Below, piece by piece: positions 31,446 to 43,318 of a DNA stretch of 64,000 nt. The DNA is from an uncultured Alphaproteobacteria bacterium (GTDB lineage Bacteria > Pseudomonadota > Alphaproteobacteria > Rhizobiales > Methyloligellaceae). The notes under the pieces were generated by a model that searched no databases, was not told where the DNA came from, and was given only the letters and a program-made list of their open reading frames with translations. The translations under genes were made by a program, and so were the position numbers. Every line of letters begins with the position of its first letter. The first letter of the stretch is position 1. The DNA lies in the NCBI GenBank assembly GCA_942491645.1, contig CALOBK010000001.1, positions 1,870 through 65,869 on the forward strand, written 5' to 3'.

Positions 31446-32072
31446 CTAAGCGGGCGAGCGGCGCAGCCGCTCCATCACTGTCCCATCTTGAAGCCTAAGC
31501 GATTCGATCAATGCATCGAGTTGCCCATGGAGGTTTTCCAGAGTTGATCCGCTCTCCAGAACATGGTCGGCCCTACCGCGCCGCGCGGCATCAGACAGTT
31601 GCCGGGCGCGCAACGCCTCAAACTTCTGGGCCGACATGGCGGGCCGCGCGAGCACGCGCGTCTCCTGCACGGTCTCCGGCGCGCTCACCGTCACTGTGAC
31701 ATCCACGCGCTTTTCTGCCCCTGTCTCGAACAGAAGCGGAATTTCAAGCACGGCCAGCGGTTCGCCCTCCGCCTCCTGCCTGCAGAGAAAGTCGATCTCG
31801 GCCTCGACCACGAGAGGGTGGACGATGGCCTCAAGGGCCTTCAGGCTTTCTGGCCGCCCCGCCACGTCCCGGGCGAGAAGGGTGCGGTCGACGTGGCCAT
31901 CGCGCGTCGTGCCTGGAAATGCCTGCTCGATCGCGGGCACAGCCGCGCGTTCATAGAGCTGGTGCACATAAGCGTCCGCATCGAACACAGGCACGCCGTG
32001 ATGTCTGAAACGTGCGGCCGCAGAGCTCTTGCCCATGCCTATTCCGCCGGTGAGTCCAACGACAAGCATCAT
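31446..32072 (-). CDS. coaE: Dephospho-CoA kinase
   Basis: GLTGGIGMGKS, IVHPLV, EIPLLFE. Confidence 0.95.
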   Translation of the reverse strand: MMLVVGLTGGIGMGKSSAAARFRHHGVPVFDADAYVHQLYERAAVPAIEQAFPGTTRDGHVDRTLLARDVAGRPESLKALEAIVHPLVVEAEIDFLCRQEAEGEPLAVLEIPLLFETGAEKRVDVTVTVSAPETVQETRVLARPAMSAQKFEALRARQLSDAARRGRADHVLESGSTLENLHGQLDALIESLRLQDGTVMERLRRSPA

Positions 32073-32914
32073 CCGGCTCCCAGCGTCGCGACCACACGGG
32101 CCCGCAACTCTGGCGTGACCTCCGGGCGTACGTCGAACCACCGCTCGAAACCCGGGACCGCCTGGTGAAGCAACATGCCGAGCCCATCGACCGCCACTAG
32201 GCCCCGCTGCCGGGCCGCGGCAAGCAACGGCGTCTCCAGCGGAACATAGACAATGTCCGTGACCACCGCGGTCTTTGGAAGCGCAGCCACGGTGATCTCG
32301 AGAGGCGGCTGCCCAACCATACCAAGGCTCGTTGTGTTGACGAGAATATTGCAGGCGGACAAGGCGGCGTCCTTGGTGTCCCAAGCGATCGCCTCAATGC
32401 GTGGGCCAAATTCACGGGCCAAATCCTCTGCCTTCGCAAGCGTCCGGTTCGCAAGAAGAATGCGGGGCACACCCGCCTCGATCAAGCCATGGAGAATGGC
32501 TCGCGCGGCACCGCCGGCGCCGAGAACCGTCGCAACATCGCAGCCCTCTTTCCAGCCGGGCGCTTCAGTGTCGAGATTTGTCATGAAGCCGTAAGCATCC
32601 GTGTTGCTCGCATGAAGCACGTTGTCCTCATCGAGCCAAAGCGTGTTGGCCGCACCGATCGCACGCGCAGCCGCATCTGCCGTGTGGGCCACTCGCAAGG
32701 CAGCCTCTTTGTGTGGCAGCGTGACATTGGCGCCTGCATAGCCATGCGCAGCGAGCTTACCTAGAAACTCACCCACATCCGAAGGCTTCACCGCCTCTTT
32801 CTCGTAGGCGCCATCGAGACCGTATTTCTCAAGCCAGTAGCGGTGGATCACAGGCGAGCGCGAATGCTCCACTGGCCAGCCAATCACACAGGCACGCGGG
32901 GCGATGCTCATCAT
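32069..32914 (-). CDS. aroE: Shikimate dehydrogenase
   Basis: HSRSP, NVTLPHK, NTD, GAGGAAR, GLGMLLHQA. Confidence 0.95.
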   Translation of the reverse strand: MMSIAPRACVIGWPVEHSRSPVIHRYWLEKYGLDGAYEKEAVKPSDVGEFLGKLAAHGYAGANVTLPHKEAALRVAHTADAAARAIGAANTLWLDEDNVLHASNTDAYGFMTNLDTEAPGWKEGCDVATVLGAGGAARAILHGLIEAGVPRILLANRTLAKAEDLAREFGPRIEAIAWDTKDAALSACNILVNTTSLGMVGQPPLEITVAALPKTAVVTDIVYVPLETPLLAAARQRGLVAVDGLGMLLHQAVPGFERWFDVRPEVTPELRARVVATLGAG

Positions 32915-32918
32915 ATCC

Positions 32919-33530
32919 TCATGCCTCGATCGCCCCTTCGCGGCGGAGCGCATCGAGCAGGGGCAGGAGCGGCAGGCCGAGGATCGAGAAGAAGTCTCCG
33001 TCGATCTTCTCGAAGAGCTGAATGCCGAGCGCCTCGATTTGATAAGCGCCGACCGAGCCAAGCACGGCCTCGCCGCTTGTTGCGAGATAGCGCCCGATGA
33101 ATTCAGGCGAAAGCCGCCTCATCGTGAGTGTGACCACATCCGTCTCGGCCCAAACGGTGACGGCATTTTTGGCAAGCGCAACAGAGGTGTGAAGCTGATG
33201 GGTCTTCCCGCTGAGATCGAGGAGCTGCGTGCGCGCCTCCTCCATCGATCGAGGTTTGCCGAAAATCCGCCCATCCATAGACAAGACCTGATCCCCGCCA
33301 ACAACGATGGCCTCACGCGCGAGGTGGCTGATGGCTTCCGCCTTTGCTCGGGCGAGAACCTCGGCCACGTCGCTGGGATCGAGCGCATTTTCATCGCCCA
33401 TTGCCGCACACATAGCCGCCTCATCCAGATCGGGCGCCAGAGCCCTGAATTCCAGCCCCGCCCTTTCAAGAATCCTTGCCCGCGTCTTACTGCTGGAGCC
33501 AAGAATCAAGGGCGAGCGACCTTGTTGCAA
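32919..33530 (-). CDS. Maf family nucleoside triphosphate pyrophosphatase
   Basis: LILGSSSKTR, DQV, GKP, GAYQIE, ILGLP. Confidence 0.92.
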   Translation of the reverse strand: MQQGRSPLILGSSSKTRARILERAGLEFRALAPDLDEAAMCAAMGDENALDPSDVAEVLARAKAEAISHLAREAIVVGGDQVLSMDGRIFGKPRSMEEARTQLLDLSGKTHQLHTSVALAKNAVTVWAETDVVTLTMRRLSPEFIGRYLATSGEAVLGSVGAYQIEALGIQLFEKIDGDFFSILGLPLLPLLDALRREGAIEA

Positions 33531-33539
33531 AAAGCTTGG

Positions 33540-34376
33540 TCATGCTTCGAGTGCCGGTGCGTCGCGGTCCCCGTGGAGACGGATGATCGCCGCGGCCGTC
33601 TCTTCGATCGACCGGCGGGTCACATCGATGATTGGCCAGCCATGGCGCGCGCAAAGCCGACGGGTCTGTGCGATCTCCGACGCGATCGCATCGCGGTCCA
33701 CATAGTCTTCCAAATGGCCGTGCGCCTGTTCGATGACGCGATTATGGCGCACCTGAGAGATGCGCTCCGGGCTCGCAACCAGCGCCACCACAAAGGCCGC
33801 GGTCTTCTGCTCAAGCTGCGGCGGCAATGGTACGTCCGGAACCAAAGGCACGTTGGCGGTCTTAAACCCGCGATTTGCAAGGTAGATGCTCGTCGGCGTC
33901 TTCGACGTCCGGCTGATGCCGAGCAGAATGATGTCCGCATCGCCCAGCCGCTCCGGCAAATGACCGTCATCGTGCATCATGGTGAAATTCAGCGCCTCGA
34001 TCCGGCGGAAATACTCGGCATCGAGCTGATGCTGTCCACCAACCATGGGCGTAGAGGTCATACCAAGATAGGACTCGAAGACCTTCAGGACGTTCATCAA
34101 CGGGGCAACATAGGGCACGTTGAATTTCTTACAGGTCCGCTCCAGCTCCTCGGCAAGCTCCCGGTTGAAGAGCGTGTAGAGCACAATGCCCGGCGCCGCC
34201 TCCACATCCTTCAGGACCCTCTCGAGTTCGCGCCGGCTTCGCACAAGCGGGTGCAAATGTTCGATGGCGCGCACTTGCGCGTATTGCACACCCACGGCCC
34301 GGGCCATCGTGACAAGCGTCTCGCCGGTCGCGTCCGAGATCATGTGCAGGTTAAAGGTTCGTTGTGGGATATCCAT
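33540..34376 (-). CDS. Pyruvate,water dikinase regulatory protein (DUF299 kinase/pyrophosphorylase)
   Basis: ISDATGET, HDDG, GISRTSKTPTS. Confidence 0.93.
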   Translation of the reverse strand: MDIPQRTFNLHMISDATGETLVTMARAVGVQYAQVRAIEHLHPLVRSRRELERVLKDVEAAPGIVLYTLFNRELAEELERTCKKFNVPYVAPLMNVLKVFESYLGMTSTPMVGGQHQLDAEYFRRIEALNFTMMHDDGHLPERLGDADIILLGISRTSKTPTSIYLANRGFKTANVPLVPDVPLPPQLEQKTAAFVVALVASPERISQVRHNRVIEQAHGHLEDYVDRDAIASEIAQTRRLCARHGWPIIDVTRRSIEETAAAIIRLHGDRDAPALEA

Positions 34377-34817
34377 GGTATGCCCTTTGGATAACTGGGG
34401 CGAGGAACGGGAGCAACACCGACATCGAGCGGAATTGTCCCCGCTGACACGAAGTTACCCGCCAACTTCTTCACAGATTCGCCTATGTCCAAAACATGAC
34501 GAACTTTATCAGTTAGGGTGACAAGAGGCTTTTTCCTCCCCAGGTCCGAAAGCAGATGCCCACAAGAAACCAAATCCTTCTCAAGGACTGCTGCGGAGGA
34601 AAAAACGGAATGAGTGCGGTGTATTGCCCAGCCTATCAAGCGGACATAATCACACGAGGGCCTACTTTTCGCAGAACCGTCACATGCGCACTTGGCGAAC
34701 TTGTTGATGAGGTGGTGAAGAATATGAATGTCCGCTATTCACGGGACAATAAAAATAACAGAAAGCTTCTTAAAGACTCTTCTTATTAGTTTTAGAGAGG
34801 CGTATGTCCGATCCACA
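34377..34817. other. Chromosomal replication origin (oriC) candidate
   Basis: The DUF299-hemE interval is the established origin position in Caulobacter and many alphaproteobacteria. DnaA-like 9-mers at 34386-34394 (rc TTATCCAAA), 34467-34475, 34702-34710 (rc TCATCAACA) and 34809-34817 (CGATCCACA). AT-rich tract at about 34747-34795. Confidence 0.8.
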
Positions 34818-35841
34818 CGCACCATTGCTCTCCGCTCTCAAGGGCGAACGATGCACACCGCCCCCTCTTTGGCTCATGCGCCAGGCAGGCCGGTATCTGC
34901 CCGAATACAGAGAGGTTCGAAGCACGGTCTCGTCCTTTCTGGAACTCTGCCTGACACCTCGTCTTGCGGCGGAAGTCACGCTTCAGCCCCTAAGGCGTTT
35001 TGCCTTCGATGCATCCATCGTCTTTTCGGACATTTTGATCGTCCCCTACGCGCTTGGGCAGCAAGTGACCTTTGTGGCAGGAGAGGGTCCGAAACTTGAG
35101 CCGGTGCGGGATGCAGGGGCGCTCGCCCGGCTCAATCGCATAGTGGCCCTTGGCCGGCTGTCGCCGGTCTATGAGACGGTGGAACGCGTGGTGTCGGAAC
35201 TCCCTGCCTCGGTTCCCTTGTTCGGCTTCTGTGGGGCGCCCTGGACTGTTGCGACCTATATGGTCGAGGGGGCGGGGAGTAAGGATCAGGCGGCAGCCCG
35301 TTCACTTGCCTATCGCGAGCCCGACACCTTCCAGGCGCTGATCGACATGCTGGTGGAGACATCCACGGCCTATCTCCTTGGGCAGCTCGAGGCTGGATGC
35401 CGTGCGCTCCAGATTTTCGACAGCTGGTCGGGGAGCCTGCCTGAGGATGCCTTCTCACGCTGGTGCATCGCGCCAACCAAGGCCATTGTGGATCAGGTCA
35501 AAGCAAAAGCCCCGGAAATTCCAATTATCGGCTTTCCCCGTGGGGCTGGGCCCTCTGCTATTCGATACGCGCGAGAGACGGGCATCGATGGGATTGGTTG
35601 CGATACGAGCTTGCCACTCGATTGGATCCGCGAGGAGTTGCAAAGCCATCTTCCGGTCCAGGGCAATTTGGATCCCGTGCTTCTGGCCGCTGGTGGGCCA
35701 CCTTTAGAAGCGAGGGTTCGGCTGATTTTGGCTGAGCTTGGCCAAGGACCGTTCATCTTCAATCTGGGCCATGGCATTTTGCCTGAAACGCCAATAGAAA
35801 ATGTCGCGCATCTCGTTCGCCTAGTGAAGGGCGACAGATGA
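34804..35841 (+). CDS. hemE: Uroporphyrinogen decarboxylase
   Basis: WLMRQAGRYLPEY, FSDIL, FNLGHG. Confidence 0.97.
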   Translation: MSDPHAPLLSALKGERCTPPPLWLMRQAGRYLPEYREVRSTVSSFLELCLTPRLAAEVTLQPLRRFAFDASIVFSDILIVPYALGQQVTFVAGEGPKLEPVRDAGALARLNRIVALGRLSPVYETVERVVSELPASVPLFGFCGAPWTVATYMVEGAGSKDQAAARSLAYREPDTFQALIDMLVETSTAYLLGQLEAGCRALQIFDSWSGSLPEDAFSRWCIAPTKAIVDQVKAKAPEIPIIGFPRGAGPSAIRYARETGIDGIGCDTSLPLDWIREELQSHLPVQGNLDPVLLAAGGPPLEARVRLILAELGQGPFIFNLGHGILPETPIENVAHLVRLVKGDR

Positions 35842-35862
35842 TGCTAAAATAATAAAAAATAT

Positions 35863-36291
35863 ATGTTTATTCTGTACATCAAGGCCTTCCATATCATCTC
35901 TGTGATTGCCTGGATGGCGGGCGTTCTCTATCTGCCGCGTCTTTTCGTCTATCACACCGAGAGCAAGGTGGGCTCGACCCAGTCCGAGACATTGAAAGTC
36001 ATGGAACGGCGTCTCTTACGCGCGATCATCACCCCTGCGATGATTGCCACATGGTTTTTTGGGCTCATTTTGGCGTTCACCTTAGTAAATTGGGCCGATT
36101 CGGGCTGGTTTCACGTTAAGCTTGTGCTGGTGGTAATTCTGTCTGGCTTCACGGGATTCCTGTCCAGATGGACGAGAGAATTCGCCCAAGATCGCAATTC
36201 GCACACCCAGCGCTTCTACCGGATAGCCAATGAAGTCCCCACGCTTCTGATGATCGCGATCGTCATCTTGGCGGTGGTGAAACCCTTCTAG
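35863..36291 (+). CDS. hemJ: Protoporphyrinogen oxidase HemJ
   Basis: KAFHII..WMAG..YLPRLFVYH, NEVPT, VVKPF. Confidence 0.95.
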   Translation: MFILYIKAFHIISVIAWMAGVLYLPRLFVYHTESKVGSTQSETLKVMERRLLRAIITPAMIATWFFGLILAFTLVNWADSGWFHVKLVLVVILSGFTGFLSRWTREFAQDRNSHTQRFYRIANEVPTLLMIAIVILAVVKPF

Positions 36292-36561
36292 GGTGCGGCT
36301 TACTGGCCCTATGGTCCGGAAGGAGGCCCGAAGGCGCGGCATATGCATCTTGCTATTCCCGCATGGCAAACTGTCTGCTATAAGGCGACTCGCACTCAGT
36401 CTTAGACGTAAGTCTCAAGTCCAGCTTTTGCCTCGGACTGAAGCAGGCGGTGCCTTGCCGCCTTCCCACCAGAGTACATCCCTTCCCCAGTTCTCACACC
36501 GCGCGCTTCATACGTGCGGGAACACAATCATCAACAATTTTACATTTGGAGTAAGCAGCGC

Positions 36562-37827
36562 ATGGAAGAAATGAAGCTGCAAGATTTGAAGACCAAGTCG
36601 CCAGTTGAGCTTTTGAGCTTTGCCGAGGAGGTCAAGGTCGAGAACGCGAACGCTATGCGGAAGCAGGAGCTTATGTTCGCGATCCTGAAACAGCTTGCCG
36701 CCCGCGAGGTGGATATCACCGGCCTGGGCGTGGTCGAGGCTTTGCAGGATGGATTTGGCTTTCTGAGATCGCCCGATTCGAATTATCTCGCAGGGCCCGA
36801 CGACATCTACGTCTCGCCCTCGCAGATACGGCGATTTGGTTTGCGCACCGGCGACACGGTCGAAGGCCAGATCAGAAGCCCGAAAGAGGGAGAACGTTAT
36901 TTCGCGCTTCTCAAAGTCAACACGATCAATTTCGAAGAGCCCGAGAAGCAGCGCCACAAGATCCACTTCGACAATCTGACGCCGCTCTATCCGGACGAGC
37001 GGCTTGAGATGGAGACCGAGGACCCGACCCGGAAAGACAATACCGGCCGCATCATCGACATCGTCTCGCCCATCGGCAAAGGCCAGCGTGGCCTCATCGT
37101 GGCGCAGCCACGCACCGGTAAGACGGTGATTCTTCAGAACATCGCCCATGCCATCACCGCCAACCATCCGGAGTGCTATTTGATCGTGCTCCTGATCGAC
37201 GAGCGGCCCGAGGAAGTCACCGACATGCAGCGCTCGGTGAACGGAGAGGTGGTGTCGTCCACATTCGATGAGCCTGCGTCGCGCCATGTTCAGGTCGCCG
37301 AGATGGTCATCGAAAAAGCCAAACGTCTCGTCGAGCATGGCCGCGACGTGGTCATTTTGCTCGATTCCATCACGCGTCTTGGCCGCGCTTACAACACCGT
37401 CGTGCCGTCGTCCGGCAAGGTGCTGACCGGCGGTGTGGATGCGAATGCCCTCCAACGCCCGAAGCGCTTCTTCGGCGCGGCCCGTAACATCGAGGAAGGC
37501 GGCTCGCTCACGATCATCGCGACGGCCCTGATCGATACGGGCAGCCGCATGGACGAAGTGATCTTCGAGGAGTTCAAGGGCACCGGTAACTCCGAAGTCG
37601 TGCTCGACCGGAAAGTCGCCGATAAGCGCATCTTCCCGGCCATCGACATCGCTCGGTCCGGAACCCGGAAAGAAGAGCTGCTGGTGGACAAGGATCAGCT
37701 CAAGAAGATGTATGTGCTCCGCCGCATCCTGAACCCCATGGGCACCATGGATGCGATCGAGTTCCTGGTCGACAAGCTGAAGCAGACCAAGAACAACGAC
37801 GAGTTCTTCGATTCCATGAACACGTAA
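36562..37827 (+). CDS. rho: Transcription termination factor Rho
   Basis: [31 protein letters not shown]. Confidence 0.98.
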   Translation: MEEMKLQDLKTKSPVELLSFAEEVKVENANAMRKQELMFAILKQLAAREVDITGLGVVEALQDGFGFLRSPDSNYLAGPDDIYVSPSQIRRFGLRTGDTVEGQIRSPKEGERYFALLKVNTINFEEPEKQRHKIHFDNLTPLYPDERLEMETEDPTRKDNTGRIIDIVSPIGKGQRGLIVAQPRTGKTVILQNIAHAITANHPECYLIVLLIDERPEEVTDMQRSVNGEVVSSTFDEPASRHVQVAEMVIEKAKRLVEHGRDVVILLDSITRLGRAYNTVVPSSGKVLTGGVDANALQRPKRFFGAARNIEEGGSLTIIATALIDTGSRMDEVIFEEFKGTGNSEVVLDRKVADKRIFPAIDIARSGTRKEELLVDKDQLKKMYVLRRILNPMGTMDAIEFLVDKLKQTKNNDEFFDSMNT

Positions 37828-37836
37828 GGGGTGGGT

Positions 37837-37880
37837 GGCATCCTCTCCCGATCGGCAAATCGGGAGGGATGAAGATGCCC
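37837..37880. terminator. Hairpin between the convergent rho and yyaL-like genes
   Basis: CTCCCGAT-cggcaa-ATCGGGAG stem, extended by GGCATC/GATGCC; no U-tract. Confidence 0.45.
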
Positions 37881-37900
37881 TTCCGAGCTAGATTGGGCTT

Positions 37901-39946
37901 CTAGGCCACGGCGACCTGCCGCGCCGCTTTGATGGTCTGGGCGAGCTTGCCCGGGTCTGTGACGGGCAGCGAGCATTGCGGCCCGACGCACACATAGGCG
38001 CTCACTTTGCCGTCAATCGCGGTCTTGCCAGCGGCTGGCGATGAGGTGGGCAGGCTCTCGCCTTCCCCGATCTCGCGCACCACGGCATTGGCCAAGGAGA
38101 CATCCGCCAGTGCGGCCCGCATGGCTGAGGCGTCACCTCCCTTCGGTACCATGAGCAGGATGAGCGCTGGGGCTAGGCAGTCGAGCGCGGCGCTCAAAAA
38201 TCCCGCATGGCCGACAGGGTTTGCGGTGATACTCGCGCCAAAGGCAGCAACAATCGCCTCAGCACGATCCGTATACGCAGTATTTCCTGTCAGAGAGGTC
38301 AGCGCCAAGAGGTTCGAGACCATCATGGCGTTAGCGTTCGGCGTGGCGTCATCCAAGCCGCTGAAGGGTCGCACAATGAGGTCGTCCGTATCGTCGGCAG
38401 CGAGATGATAGCCGCTAAGCTCGTCGCTCCAATAATGGGTGTCCAAATGCTTCGCCCAGGCGATCGCCTGCTCCACATAGTCTTGCTTGCCTGTGGCGCC
38501 GGCGAGCCTCAACGCCGCGAAGACCATATTGGCATAGTCGCTGGCCGTGGCCGGGGCCTTGGCCACGCCACCCCGATAGGCATGGCGCAAGCGTCCATCC
38601 ATAGTCATCCGAGTACAGACGAATGCGAAGGCGGCTTGGGCGGCCTCCAGCCAGGCCGGTTCGTCGAACGCGGTTGCGGCGTTGGCGAGGCCCGCGATCA
38701 TCAGGCCGTTCCAGTCGGTGAGGACCTTGTCGTCGAAACCAGGACGTATACGGAGGGAGCGGCGGGCGAGGAGTTTTGCGCGCATCAAGATGAGTCGTGC
38801 TTCCGTCTCTCGATCACGTAATTCGACAGCATACAGACGATTGGGAATGTTCTTGCCCTCGAAACTTCCCTCTTCCGTAATGTCGTAGATTTCAGCGAAG
38901 AGCCTGGCGTCGTCCTTGCCCAAGACCTCGACGATCTCCGAAAGGCTCCAGACATAGAACTTGCCTTCTTCGCCTTCGGAGTCTGCGTCATAAGATGCGG
39001 CGAAGCCCCCGCCGTCCGTGACCATGTCGCTCAAGAGCCAGGAGATCGTCTCCTCAATGCGCATGGCAAAGAGCGGGTTCTTGTCTTCACGCCAAGCCTC
39101 GGTCATGAGGTCGACCAGAAGCGCATTGTCGTAGAGCATCTTTTCGAAATGCGGCACGAGCCAGCGTTCATCCACGCTGTAGCGGGCAAACCCCCCGCCG
39201 ATATGGTCGTAGATGCCACCTTGGGAGATTTGGGTGAGCGTTAGCGCGACGGCTTCTTTGAGGCTGGCTGTGCCATATCGGAGGCCTGCCTGCCACAGGA
39301 AGGAGAAGAATTGGGGCTGCGGAAATTTCGGCGCCGCGCGCATGCCCCCGGTTGTGGGGTCCACCGCTTGGAGGAATCGCCGCGACCAATCATTGAGCGT
39401 TGCATCGGTGAGCGGAACCGCCTCGCCTGTGCCTTGGGCAGGTGCAAGCCGATCTCGAAGCGCGTTCGCATTGGTGCGGATTTTGTCGGGTTCTGCGTGG
39501 AAGGTCTGGGAGACAGCCTTGAGCACACTGACGAAAGAGGGCCGTCCATAACGCTGCTCTTTTGGAAAATATGTCCCGCCCCAGAACGGCTCCCCGTCCG
39601 GCGTTAGGAACATGGTCAGCGGCCAGCCGCCCTGTTCCCCGATCAGGTGGAGTGCGCTCATATAGATGGTATCCACATCGGGCCGTTCCTCGCGGTCGAC
39701 CTTGATGTTGACGAAGAGGTCGTTCATCACCTTGGCTGTGACAGGGTCCTCGAAACTCTCATGGGCCATGACATGGCACCAGTGGCAGGCGGCATAGCCG
39801 ACGGAAAGCAAGACGGGTTTGCCCGTCCGCTTGGCCTCAGCGAATGGCTCAGGGCCCCAGGCACGCCAGTGAACGGGATTGTCCTTATGCTGACGAAGAT
39901 ACGGGCTGGTTTCGTGACTGAGTTGGTTCTTGTTGTCTTGTGTCAT
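37901..39946 (-). CDS. Thioredoxin-domain YyaL/SSP411 (DUF255) protein
   Basis: [38 protein letters not shown]. Confidence 0.92.
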   Translation of the reverse strand: MTQDNKNQLSHETSPYLRQHKDNPVHWRAWGPEPFAEAKRTGKPVLLSVGYAACHWCHVMAHESFEDPVTAKVMNDLFVNIKVDREERPDVDTIYMSALHLIGEQGGWPLTMFLTPDGEPFWGGTYFPKEQRYGRPSFVSVLKAVSQTFHAEPDKIRTNANALRDRLAPAQGTGEAVPLTDATLNDWSRRFLQAVDPTTGGMRAAPKFPQPQFFSFLWQAGLRYGTASLKEAVALTLTQISQGGIYDHIGGGFARYSVDERWLVPHFEKMLYDNALLVDLMTEAWREDKNPLFAMRIEETISWLLSDMVTDGGGFAASYDADSEGEEGKFYVWSLSEIVEVLGKDDARLFAEIYDITEEGSFEGKNIPNRLYAVELRDRETEARLILMRAKLLARRSLRIRPGFDDKVLTDWNGLMIAGLANAATAFDEPAWLEAAQAAFAFVCTRMTMDGRLRHAYRGGVAKAPATASDYANMVFAALRLAGATGKQDYVEQAIAWAKHLDTHYWSDELSGYHLAADDTDDLIVRPFSGLDDATPNANAMMVSNLLALTSLTGNTAYTDRAEAIVAAFGASITANPVGHAGFLSAALDCLAPALILLMVPKGGDASAMRAALADVSLANAVVREIGEGESLPTSSPAAGKTAIDGKVSAYVCVGPQCSLPVTDPGKLAQTIKAARQVAVA

Positions 39947-39986
39947 CCGAGCCTTCCGATTGTGCCGCCGTCCCCTAGGATAACCC

Positions 39987-41345
39987 ATGAGCAGTAGGCC
40001 GAATGATGATCCGGCTTGTCATGGTGTCATGCCCCGGGGGGGTGGCGATACCATCGTCGCTTTGGCCTCAGGCGCGGGTGTGTCCGCCGTCGCGGTCATT
40101 CGCATTTCTGGGCCGCTTACCCGCGCGGTATTGGAGAACCTCACAGGAAGCCTTCCTGTTCCACGTGAAGCCGGCTTGCGGCGTATTGGTGGGATAGATC
40201 GGGGGCTCGTGCTCTGGTTTCCGGCGCCTGCGAGTTTCACGGGCGAGGATATGGCCGAGCTTCAGGTCCACGGTGGCCGGGCGGTGGTACGAGGTGTCGT
40301 GGACGCGGTGCTCGCCTGCGAAGGTACGCGGCTTGCCGAGCCGGGCGAGTTTGCCCGCCGCGCCTTCGAGAACGGCAAGCTCGACCTCACGGAAGTCGAG
40401 GGTCTTGCGGATCTGATCAGCGCGGATACCGAGATGCAGCGCCGGCAGGCCCTTGCACAGGCGGATGGCGGTTTGCGGCGTCTCTACGAGGGCTGGCGCG
40501 CGGCACTCTTGAAAGCCCAGAGCTTGATGGAGGCTGGGCTCGACTTCACTGATGAGGCCGACGTGGCCGAGAACGCTTCCAGTATGGCAATAACGGCCGC
40601 CCTGCCGCTCTTGGATGCGATGGAGAGGCATCTTGCGGATCGCAGTGGCAAGCTCTTGCGCGATGGCTTCCGCGTCGTGATTGCCGGACCGCCAAATGCT
40701 GGCAAATCCTCGCTCCTGAATGCGCTGGCGAAACGCGATGTGGCCATTGTCTCGGAAGTGGCCGGAACCACGCGAGACGTGATTGAGGTTCATCTCGATC
40801 TCGGCGGCGTTGCTGTCATTCTCGCTGACACTGCGGGGATACGGGAGGCCAAGGGGGTCATCGAGAGCGAGGGCATCGCGCGCGCGGTCTCCCGCGCCGA
40901 GGACGCAGATCTTGTTTTGTGGGTGGTCGATGGCGCCTGCCCCGTTTTCGATCTGCCTCACTCGTTGCGCGCCAAGTCCATGGCATTCGCGCTGAACAAG
41001 GCCGATCTCAAGCCGGTCCTTCCCCCGGGCATGGATGAGATACCTGTTGTGGCGGTGTCCGCAAAGACGGGCGAAGGGATCGAGGCGCTAGAGGCCAATT
41101 TGGAGGCCGCCGCCACCAAGGGGCTCGGCACAACGTCCCAATCGCCCATCACGCGAACGCGGCACCGGGTCGAACTTGTCTCAACCCGGGACGCTTTGAA
41201 ACGTTTTGTTAACCATGATCTCGATCCCGAGCTGGCCGCAGAGGAGCTGCGCATTGCCGCCCATCATTTGGGGCGGCTGACGGGCCGGATTGATGTGGAG
41301 GAGGTTCTTGGGGCGATCTTCTTGGAGTTCTGCATCGGGAAATAG
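39987..41345 (+). CDS. mnmE: tRNA modification GTPase MnmE
   Basis: [29 protein letters not shown]. Confidence 0.97.
   Translation: MSSRPNDDPACHGVMPRGGGDTIVALASGAGVSAVAVIRISGPLTRAVLENLTGSLPVPREAGLRRIGGIDRGLVLWFPAPASFTGEDMAELQVHGGRAVVRGVVDAVLACEGTRLAEPGEFARRAFENGKLDLTEVEGLADLISADTEMQRRQALAQADGGLRRLYEGWRAALLKAQSLMEAGLDFTDEADVAENASSMAITAALPLLDAMERHLADRSGKLLRDGFRVVIAGPPNAGKSSLLNALAKRDVAIVSEVAGTTRDVIEVHLDLGGVAVILADTAGIREAKGVIESEGIARAVSRAEDADLVLWVVDGACPVFDLPHSLRAKSMAFALNKADLKPVLPPGMDEIPVVAVSAKTGEGIEALEANLEAAATKGLGTTSQSPITRTRHRVELVSTRDALKRFVNHDLDPELAAEELRIAAHHLGRLTGRIDVEEVLGAIFLEFCIGK
40157..40172. promoter_or_regulatory. Degenerate parS-like site inside mnmE
   Basis: TGTTCCACGTGAAGCC. Confidence 0.35.
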
Positions 41346-41366
41346 AGCCGGTGTATGGGCGCAAAT

Positions 41367-41382
41367 TGATTCACGTGAAACA
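41367..41382. promoter_or_regulatory. parS centromere site
   Basis: TGATTCACGTGAAACA, one mismatch to TGTTTCACGTGAAACA, upstream of mnmG. Confidence 0.85.
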
Positions 41383-41434
41383 CTGACCCGCATACGCCTT
41401 TGACGCCTGCGGTCGGAGCGATTACTTAGCGCTC

Positions 41435-43318
41435 ATGACTGCGGCGATGAACAACACAACCTATGACGTCATCGTCATTGGTGGCGGGCATGCGGGCTGC
41501 GAAGCCGCGGCAGGGGCTGCCCGCATGGGCGGGCGCGTAGCGCTGATCACCCACAAAGCGGCATCCATCGGCGAGATGTCCTGCAACCCGGCCATAGGTG
41601 GGCTCGGCAAAGGCCATCTCGTGCGAGAGATCGATGCGCTGGATGGTTTGATGGGCCGTGTGGCCGACGCAGCAGGGATCCAGTTTCGCGTCCTGAACAA
41701 GAGCAAGGGCCCCGCGGTGCAAGGACCCCGGGCGCAAGCGGACCGCAGGCTCTATCGCGGTTCCATGCAGGCCGCGATTGGGGAAACTGAGAACCTTCAA
41801 GTGATCGAGGCCGGGGTCGAAGACCTGGTTGTCGAGAACGGATGCGTGGCAGGCGTCCTCACCTCTGATGCACGCCTGTTTGGCGCCGGTGCGGTCGTGC
41901 TGACAACGGGGACGTTTCTGCGCGGTTTGATCCACATTGGCGATACGAGAATCCCTGCCGGGCGCATCGGCGAGGCGCCGGCGCTTGGCCTCTCCGATCG
42001 CCTTTACGGGCTCGGGCTGCGCATGGGCCGCTTGAAGACCGGGACGCCGCCGCGGCTCAATGGAAAGACGATTGCCTGGGAGCACCTTCGGGAGCAGCCG
42101 GGCGATGTGCCCCCTGTGCCCTTCTCGTTCCTGACGGAGCGCATTACGACGCAGCAGATCTCCTGTCACATCACCCAGACCACTGAAGAGACTCACAAAA
42201 TCATCGAGGCGAACCTGGCTCGTGCACCAATCTATTCCGGCGCTATCGACAGCGTGGGCCCGCGCTATTGCCCCTCCATCGAGGACAAGGTCGTTCGCTT
42301 CCAGGACCGGGACTCGCACCAGATCTTTTTGGAGCCGGAGGGCCTCGACGACGACACGGTCTACCCCAACGGGATTTCAACGTCCCTGCCCGAGGATGTT
42401 CAGCACGCATTCCTGAAAACGATTCCGGGGCTCGAAGCCGTTGAGGTGATCCGTCCCGGCTATGCCATTGAGTACGATTATGTGGACCCGCGCGAGCTCC
42501 ATGCGAGCCTGGAGACAAAGGCCGTGCAGGGGCTGTTTCTCGCTGGCCAGATCAACGGAACGACAGGCTATGAGGAGGCGGCGGGCCAGGGCATTGTCGC
42601 AGGTCTCAGCGCGGCATACCGCGCATCGGGTTCGCAGGACCGGTTCGCACCAACGCGCGCCGATAGCTATCTCGGGGTGATGATCGATGATCTCGTGACG
42701 CGCGGCGTGAGCGAGCCTTATCGCATGTTCACCTCGCGGGCCGAGTACCGGCTCATGCTGCGCGCTGACAACGCGGACCAGCGCTTGACGCCCCTTGGCA
42801 TTGCGGCTGGCTGCGTCGGTGCCCCGCGGCGTAGAGCCTTTGAGGCCAAGGCCAAGAGGCTAGCCGAGGGCGAGGCGCTTTTGCGCGGCTTGTCTCTCAC
42901 GCCGGATGAGGCCGAGAAGGTAGGCTTGCGCATCAATCGTGATGGCCGCAAACGAAGTGCCATCGATCTCCTAAGCTACAAGGAGATCGACATTGGGTGC
43001 CTTGGGCAGGTCTGGCCCGAGATCAACATGCTCGACGAGACGACGGCCGGGCAGCTCGCTATCGATGCGCGCTATGCGGTCTACATCGCGCGCCAGAAAA
43101 TGGACGTCGATGCATTCCGGAAAGATGAGGCGATCCCAATTCCATCCGACTTCGCCTTTGACGCGCTGCCAGGGCTCTCGAACGAGCTTCGCCAGAAGCT
43201 GAACAGGCAGAAACCCGCGAACCTTGGGCAGGCGGCGCGGCTTGATGGCATGACGCCGGCAGCCTTGATGCTTGTTCTGGCGCATGTGAAAAAGGGCGCA
43301 GCGGCGAAAAGCGCATGA
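41435..43318 (+). CDS. mnmG: tRNA uridine 5-carboxymethylaminomethyl modification enzyme MnmG (GidA)
   Basis: [42 protein letters not shown]. Confidence 0.98.
   Translation: MTAAMNNTTYDVIVIGGGHAGCEAAAGAARMGGRVALITHKAASIGEMSCNPAIGGLGKGHLVREIDALDGLMGRVADAAGIQFRVLNKSKGPAVQGPRAQADRRLYRGSMQAAIGETENLQVIEAGVEDLVVENGCVAGVLTSDARLFGAGAVVLTTGTFLRGLIHIGDTRIPAGRIGEAPALGLSDRLYGLGLRMGRLKTGTPPRLNGKTIAWEHLREQPGDVPPVPFSFLTERITTQQISCHITQTTEETHKIIEANLARAPIYSGAIDSVGPRYCPSIEDKVVRFQDRDSHQIFLEPEGLDDDTVYPNGISTSLPEDVQHAFLKTIPGLEAVEVIRPGYAIEYDYVDPRELHASLETKAVQGLFLAGQINGTTGYEEAAGQGIVAGLSAAYRASGSQDRFAPTRADSYLGVMIDDLVTRGVSEPYRMFTSRAEYRLMLRADNADQRLTPLGIAAGCVGAPRRRAFEAKAKRLAEGEALLRGLSLTPDEAEKVGLRINRDGRKRSAIDLLSYKEIDIGCLGQVWPEINMLDETTAGQLAIDARYAVYIARQKMDVDAFRKDEAIPIPSDFAFDALPGLSNELRQKLNRQKPANLGQAARLDGMTPAALMLVLAHVKKGAAAKSA

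Noticed and set aside
32904-34394. 496-aa plus-strand ORF and similar long ORFs (20854-22044, 58911-60215, 17295-18539)
   Set aside because: These are antisense or shadow frames of well-supported genes, as expected in high-GC DNA.
36107-36122. parS-like GGTTTCACGTTAAGCT in hemJ
   Set aside because: Too many mismatches in the right half-site.
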